DNA from: Macrostomum lignano
Taxonomy: Eukaryota
Length of the DNA stretch: 64,000 nucleotides
Assembly: GCA_002269645.1 (NCBI GenBank)
Contig: NIVC01000584.1
Span: 62,001 to 126,000 of the forward strand
Reading direction: 5' to 3'
The notes under the pieces are model-generated. The model saw only the letters and a list, made by a program, of their open reading frames with translations, had not been told where the DNA came from and ran no database searches. How positions within the stretch are numbered: the stretch's first letter is position 1; every line of letters begins with the position of its first letter. The position numbers were made by a program, and so were the translations under genes. Shown piece by piece: positions 58,898 through 64,000 of this stretch.

Positions 58898-59272
58898 TAC
58901 AGATAGACAGATACAGTCAGACAGACAGACAGACACAGTCAGACAGACAAGCACAGACACACAGACAGATACAGATAGACAGACAGACAGACACAGTCAG
59001 ACAGACAGACAGACAGCTGTCCCTGCCCTCTCCGGTGTCCGCAGGCGCTCCGAAACCGGTGGCTGTCGCTGGCCCGGCTGCACAGCTTGTCCCCGGCCAG
59101 CGAGGAGCTGCTGCAGTCCATGGGCGACGTGTGCGCCATCTGCTACAGCGACCTGCAGCACCGTGACTGCCGGGTGACGCCCTGCCGCCATGTGTTCCAC
59201 TCCGCCTGCATTCGCCGCTGGATCGCCGTCAGCATGGACTGTCCGATGTGCCACCAGGCCATGTTCACCTGA
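44004..59272 (+). CDS. RNF139: RNF139/TRC8-like multi-pass ER membrane RING-H2 E3 ubiquitin ligase, ~651 aa; join(44004-44352,53989-54491,55108-55548,57948-58382,59045-59272)
   Basis: N-terminal [61 protein letters not shown], and RING-H2 [26 protein letters not shown]. Phases 1,0,0,0 are all consistent. Linkage of exon 1 is less certain than exons 2-5. Confidence 0.88.
44785..46124. mobile_element. GG..CC-ended non-autonomous DNA element nested in an older ~140-bp repeat
   Basis: GGCGAAATCCAAAAA vs TTTTTGGATTTCACC, inserted in the TATATAT run of the host unit GATCCTATATATCCACTT; the TSD is ambiguous in the TA run. Confidence 0.65.
45188..45715. repeat. 177-178-bp tandem repeat x3
   Basis: AATGTG..CCAAATCAGAYGC unit starts at 45188, 45365 and 45543. 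Confidence 0.9.
47019..47552. mobile_element. MITE with YAGTCCACTTTGGCRACAAAC TIRs and apparent 3-bp ATA TSD
   Basis: Inverted match between 47019-47040 and 47531-47552; ATA on both sides. Confidence 0.6.
47900..48160. repeat. CT-rich polypyrimidine low-complexity tract
   Basis: Direct reading. Confidence 0.8.
48790..51535. repeat. ~22-bp minisatellite (AAAGAGCCACCATGTCAAACAT), >100 copies, RNF139 intron 1
   Basis: Direct reading. Confidence 0.95.
51600..51920. repeat. 18-bp minisatellite (GGGGATGCTTGCTATCTG)
   Basis: Direct reading. Confidence 0.9.
53228..53898. repeat. 25-bp minisatellite (CCTTCAGTGAACTGCACCCCTCCAG) just before RNF139 exon 2
   Basis: Direct reading. Confidence 0.93.
55660..57870. 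repeat. 22-bp minisatellite (TTAGAATGCATTAGGTGCCAAC), RNF139 intron 3
   Basis: Direct reading. Confidence 0.95.
58505..59015. repeat. (CAGA)n microsatellite, RNF139 intron 4
   Basis: Direct reading. Confidence 0.93.
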
Positions 59273-59624
59273 CAATTGATGCTCTGCGAACTGCCGACCC
59301 AACCCGCGTGTCCTCATCTGGGCTTTCGTTGCTAGGAGAACATAATAACAGAGATGCTGCCTAAATATTTTTGTTTTAATGATGCCAATGTCTTGCAGTG
59401 CATCTGACTGTATAGTTCGTGTTTCGAGTGTTTAAGTATCTGGTTTTTATTTTTCGTGTGTTCAGTTTTGCGATGTTTTGCAGGTTTCATTTTTTCTGTC
59501 ACTTTTGCCTTTAGTTAAAATCTGCGATAGGATCTTGTCCCGCATTCTTGCTTTGCATCGCAAACTCTTATTTGTAAAAAACTGTTTACGATGCCCAACA
59601 GTAGTTAAAGAAGTCTGTCACTCT

Positions 59625-59960
59625 GCATATCGGTAGCTATAGAAATGTGTTACACTACATATCGGTGGCTAGAGAATTGTGCTTCACTACGTGTCGGTAG
59701 CTAGAGAAGTATGTTACACTACATATCGGTAGCTAGAGAAGTGTGTTACACTACATGTCAGTAGCTAGAGAAGTGTGTTACACTACATATCGGTTGCTAG
59801 AGAAGTGTGTTACACTACATATCGGTTGCTAGAGAAGTATGTTACACTACATATCGGTAGCTAGAGAAGTGTGTTACACTGCATGTCAGTAGCTAGAGAA
59901 GTGTGTTACACTACATATCGGTTGCTAGAGAAGTGTGTTACAATTCATATCGGTAGCTGA
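59625..59960. repeat. 32-bp minisatellite (CGGTAGCTAGAGAAGTGTGTTACACTACATAT)
   Basis: Direct reading. Confidence 0.9.
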
Positions 59961-60404
59961 AAATTGATAAAGTATTGGTAGCTACAGATGTGTACTATGT
60001 TCATATTAATTCTGACTCGTACTTCCGATTAGTTGTGATATTTAGCTTCCCAAATTCTGCGCTGAACCAAAAATGCCTAGTTCAGGATTTCATTATTGCC
60101 GAAATTTGGTTAATTCCATTTAATAATTTTATATATCGGATTATCTAACTCTAAGTGCGTTTTTTATTTGCTACTTGTGCCTGCGGACCCAGATTCGATT
60201 CTAGTTCTAGCAGTGCGCTGCACACGTATGCTGGAGGAACATTGCATATATTGCTGTGAACTTGCTGAATACAATGCGTCTTTTGATAAGTTCACTACAC
60301 CGCTCACTGAGTGTGAATTTTTGCAGCTGCTTCATTTCCTGTTGTTCTTTCTGCTGTCAATAGCTAGTCCTGCTTTTCTACTTGGATATTTCTTGCGGCT
60401 TTGA

Positions 60405-60689
60405 TGTCCGTCTGTCTGCCTGTGTGTCTGTCTGTCTGTCTGCCTGTGTGTCTGTCTGTCTGTCTGCCTGTCTGTCTGTCTGCCTGTCTGTCTGCCCGTC
60501 TGTCTGCCTGTCTGTGTGTCTGTCTGTCTGTCTGCCCATCTGTTTGTCTGTCTGTCTGCCTGTCTGTCTGCCCGTCTGTCTGTCTGTCTGTCTGCCTGTC
60601 TGTCTGCCCGTCTGTCTGTCTGTCTGTCTGTCTGCCTGTCTGTCTGCCTGTCTGTCTGCCCGTCTGTCTGTCCGTCTGTCCGTCTGTCT

Positions 60690-60742
<53 letters not shown>

Positions 60743-60745
60743 GGC
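60405..60745. repeat. (CTGT)n microsatellite upstream of HEATR1
   Basis: Direct reading. Confidence 0.93.
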
Positions 60746-60859
60746 TGTCTAATAACTTTATAAAATTCAGTTTAGTACGGTCTCGTACGTTTTTCTGTTC
60801 TAATAATTATTTTGTTTTCTTCTGACCCTGCTTCTAAAAGCAGCAGCAGCAGCAGCAGC

Positions 60860-61832
60860 ATGACTTCCCTGCTGGCAACGCAGCTCAACAAGCTGCGCCT
60901 GCCCGAAGGCCAGACAGCCAGCGCAGACTACAGGAGACGCAAATCACTGATTCATTCGGCAACAGAATTAAATAAAATCGATGCCGCTGCCCACCTGGAA
61001 AGAGGTAGGTGCGATTGAGTATAGAAATGCGACGGTGAAGAATTGCTCGCTCTAGAGCGTTATGGACATTCAAGCATACAAACCTTAGAGATTTAGTATA
61101 TTTAGATGGTATCCAAGTGAATCAGATAAAAATTCCGGCAGATATCTTAGTGGAAGAAGTATGGAAGGAATTATCTGGGTGGTAGAATTTATGGCGAATC
61201 GGCATCATGTCAGATCGAAATCATGCCAGATGGACATCATTCCAGGTAGACATAATTCCAAATGGAAATCATGCCAGATGGACATCATTCCAGGTAGACA
61301 TAATTCCAAATGGAAATCATGCCAGATAGACATCATTCCAGGTAGACATAATTCCAAATGGAAATCATGCCTGATGGACATCATTCCAGATGGACATCAT
61401 TCCAGATGGACATCATTCCAAATAGAAATCGTGCTAGATAGAAAAATCATTTTCGATAAAAATGATGCCAGATGGAAGTCATGCCAGATGGCTCATGCAG
61501 ATAAAACTTCAGCTTCTCATTCCTGATTGAATTCCAGCTCAGAAGGCATTTCAACACCTGCTGAATGTGGACCCGAGCTTGCAAGAGTTTCAAGACTGCT
61601 TCTTCTCCGAGGAGCGACTGAACTTCGAGCCGTCAATGCAGACCCCCAGCAGCAAGGCAGCTCTGGATCAAATTATCGAGCACTTTTATCTGCGCGTTTC
61701 CCAGCATCTTCTGCTCGGCATCACCCTGGATGCGCTGGAGTGGCTGGTTTATCGGTTCCAAACGCATCAGTACAACATGGAGGCCATGCTGCAGGCCGTG
61801 TTGCCTTATCACAGCACCAACCTGTTTCCCAA
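60860..61832 (+). CDS. HEATR1: HEAT repeat-containing protein 1 / U3 snoRNP protein UTP10, 5' partial; join(60860-61004,61538-61832,>64000)
   Basis: MTSLLATQLNKLRLP...; VDPSLQEFQDCFFS..LDQII..LEWLVYRFQTHQYN..MLQAVLPYHST matches the U3snoRNP10 N-terminus. Phase-1 intron G|GTAGGT..TTCCAG, then donor AA|GTAGGC. Confidence 0.92.
61205..61495. repeat. 16/48-bp tandem repeat (CCAGATGGACATCATT) in HEATR1 intron 1
   Basis: Direct reading. Confidence 0.85.
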
Positions 61833-61889
61833 GTAGGCTGCTGCTGTCTGGGCTTGGCTGAGGACACTGGGGCGGCCCTGTCTGCGACA

Positions 61890-64000
61890 CGCAGTGGGAG
61901 AAGCCGGACCCCAGCCCAAAAAAACAGGGGGGGGGGAGCCGGACCCCAGCCCAAAAAAACAGGGGGGGGGGAGCCGGACCCCAGCCCAAAGACACAGTGG
62001 GGGGGGGCTGGACCCCAGCCCAAAAAAACAGGGGGGGGGGGGAGCCGGACCCCAGCCCAAAGACACAGTGGTGGAAGCCGGACCCCAGCCCAAAGACACA
62101 GTGGGGGGGAAGCCGGACCCCAGCCCAAAGACACAGTGGGGGGGGGGCTGGACCCCAGCCCAAAGACACATTGTGGGAGGCCGGACCCCAGCCCAAAGAC
62201 ACATTGAGGGAGGCCGGACCCCAGCCCAAAGACACATTGAGGGAGGCCGGACCCCAGCCCAAAGACACATTGAGGGAGGCCGGACCCCAGCCCAAAGACA
62301 CAGTGGGCGGAGGCTGGACCCCAGCCCAAAGACACAGTGGTGGAAGCCGGACCCCAGCCCAAAGACACAGTGGGCGGAGGCTGGACCCCAGCCCAAAGAC
62401 ACATTGTGGGAGGCCGGACCCCAGCCCAAAGACACATTGAGGGAGGCCGGACCCCAGCCCAAAGACACAGTGGGGGGGGGAGGCTGGACCCCAGCCCAAA
62501 GACACATTGTGGGAGGCCGGACCCCAGCCCAAAGACACAGTGGGGGGGGGAGGCCGGACCCCAGCCCAAAGACACATTGAGGGAGGCCGGACCCCAGCCC
62601 AAAGACACAGTGGGCGGAGGCTGGACCCCAGCCCAAAGACACAGTGGTGGAAGCCGGACCCCAGCCCAAAGATACAGTGGGCGGAGGCTGGACCCCAGCC
62701 TAAAGACACAGTGGGCGGAGGCTGGACCCCAGCCCAAAGACACAGTGGTGGAAGCCGGACCCCAGCCCAAAGACACAGTGGTGGAAGCCGGACCCCAGCC
62801 CAAAGACACAGTGGTGGAAGCCGGACCCCAGCCCAAAGACACAGTGGTGGAAGCCGGACCCCAGCCCAAAGACACAGTGGGGGGGAAGCCGGACCCCAGC
62901 CCAAAGACACAGTGGGGGGGGGGGGCTGGACCCCAGCCCAAAGACACATTGTGGGAGGCCGGACCCCAGCCCAAAGACACATTGAGGGAGGCCGGACCCC
63001 AGCCCAAAGACACATTGAGGGAGGCCGGACCCCAGCCCAAAGACACATTGAGGGAGGCCGGACCCCAGCCCAAAGACACAGTGGGCGGAGGCTGGACCCC
63101 AGCCCAAAGACACAGTGGTGGAAGCCGGACCCCAGCCCAAAGACACAGTGGGCGGAGGCTGGACCCCAGCCCAAAGACACATTGTGGGAGGCCGGACCCC
63201 AGCCCAAAGACACAGTGGGCGGAGGCTGGACCCCAGCCCAAAGACACAGTGGTGGAAGCCGGACCCCAGCCCAAAGACACAGTGGTGGAAGCCGGACCCC
63301 AGCCCAAAGATACAGTGGGCGGAGGCTGGACCCCAGCCTAAAGACACAGTGGGCGGAGGCTGGACCCCAGCCCAAAGACACAGTGGTGGAAGCCGGACCC
63401 CAGCCCAAAGACACAGTGGTGGAAGCCGGACCCCAGCCCAAAGACACAGTGGTGGAAGCCGGACCCCAGCCCAAAGACACAGTGGTGGAAGCCGGACCCC
63501 AGCCCAAAGACACAGTGGGGGGGAGGCTGGACCCCAGCCCAAAAACACATTGAGGGAGGCCGGACCCCAGCCCAAAGACACAGTGGGCGGAGGCTGGACC
63601 CCAGCCCAAAGACACATTGAGGGAGGCCGGACCCCGGCCCAAGGCACAGTGGTGGAAGACGGACCCCAGCCCAAAGACACATTGAGGGAGGCCGGACCCC
63701 AGCCCAAATACACAGTGGGGGGAGGCTGGACCCCAGCCCAAAGACACATTGAGGGAGGCCGGACCCCAGCCCAAGGCACAGTGGGGGGGGGAGGGAGGCC
63801 GGACCCCAGCCCAAAGACACAGTGGTGGAAGCCGGACCCCAGCCCAAAGACACATTGAGGGAGGCCGGACCCCAGCCCAAGGCACAGTGGGGGGGGAGGG
63901 AGGCTGGACCCCAGCCCAAAGACACAGTGGTGGAAGCCGGACCCCAGCCCAAAGACACATTGAGGGAGGCCGGACCCCAGCCCAAGGCACAGTGGGGGGG
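61890..64000. repeat. 36-40-bp G-rich minisatellite (GGAGGCCGGACCCCAGCCCAAAGACACAGTGG), HEATR1 intron 2, running off the window
   Basis: Direct reading. Confidence 0.96.

Noticed and set aside
44004-59272. Assignment as RNF145
   Set aside because: The FESG..IR...HAYFNI and CPMCH motifs match my recollection of RNF139/TRC8 better
61633-63990. 785-aa minus-strand ORF and overlapping Pro/Gly-rich ORFs
   Set aside because: Products of the HEATR1 intron 2 minisatellite

Overview
Metazoan genomic DNA with spliceosomal GT-AG introns. GC-rich exons, (CTGT)n and minisatellite-filled introns suggest a free-living flatworm such as Macrostomum (inference from style only). Seven genes can be assembled by hand: PTEN (+, 7 exons); a small secreted single-WSC-domain protein (+); a membrane protein with a Thr-rich segment and a second C-terminal hydrophobic stretch (-); two tandem paralogues resembling the C14orf93/DUF4616 family (-); the ERAD ligase RNF139/TRC8 (+, 5 exons); and the 5' end of HEATR1/UTP10 (+). 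Most long introns carry their own minisatellite, and several of these are built from splice-signal sequence. Two AT-rich, CpG-depleted blocks (about 1-4400 and 35100-53200) hold transposon relics: a mariner-type MITE, a SINE, Tc1/IS630, Harbinger, Merlin and Helitron-like pieces. RNF139 exon 1 lies inside the second block and has a very different base composition from the rest of its gene. Most long ORFs in the supplied track are minisatellite artefacts. Exon models come from manual reading of splice sites and frames, and family names come from remembered motifs, not database searches.
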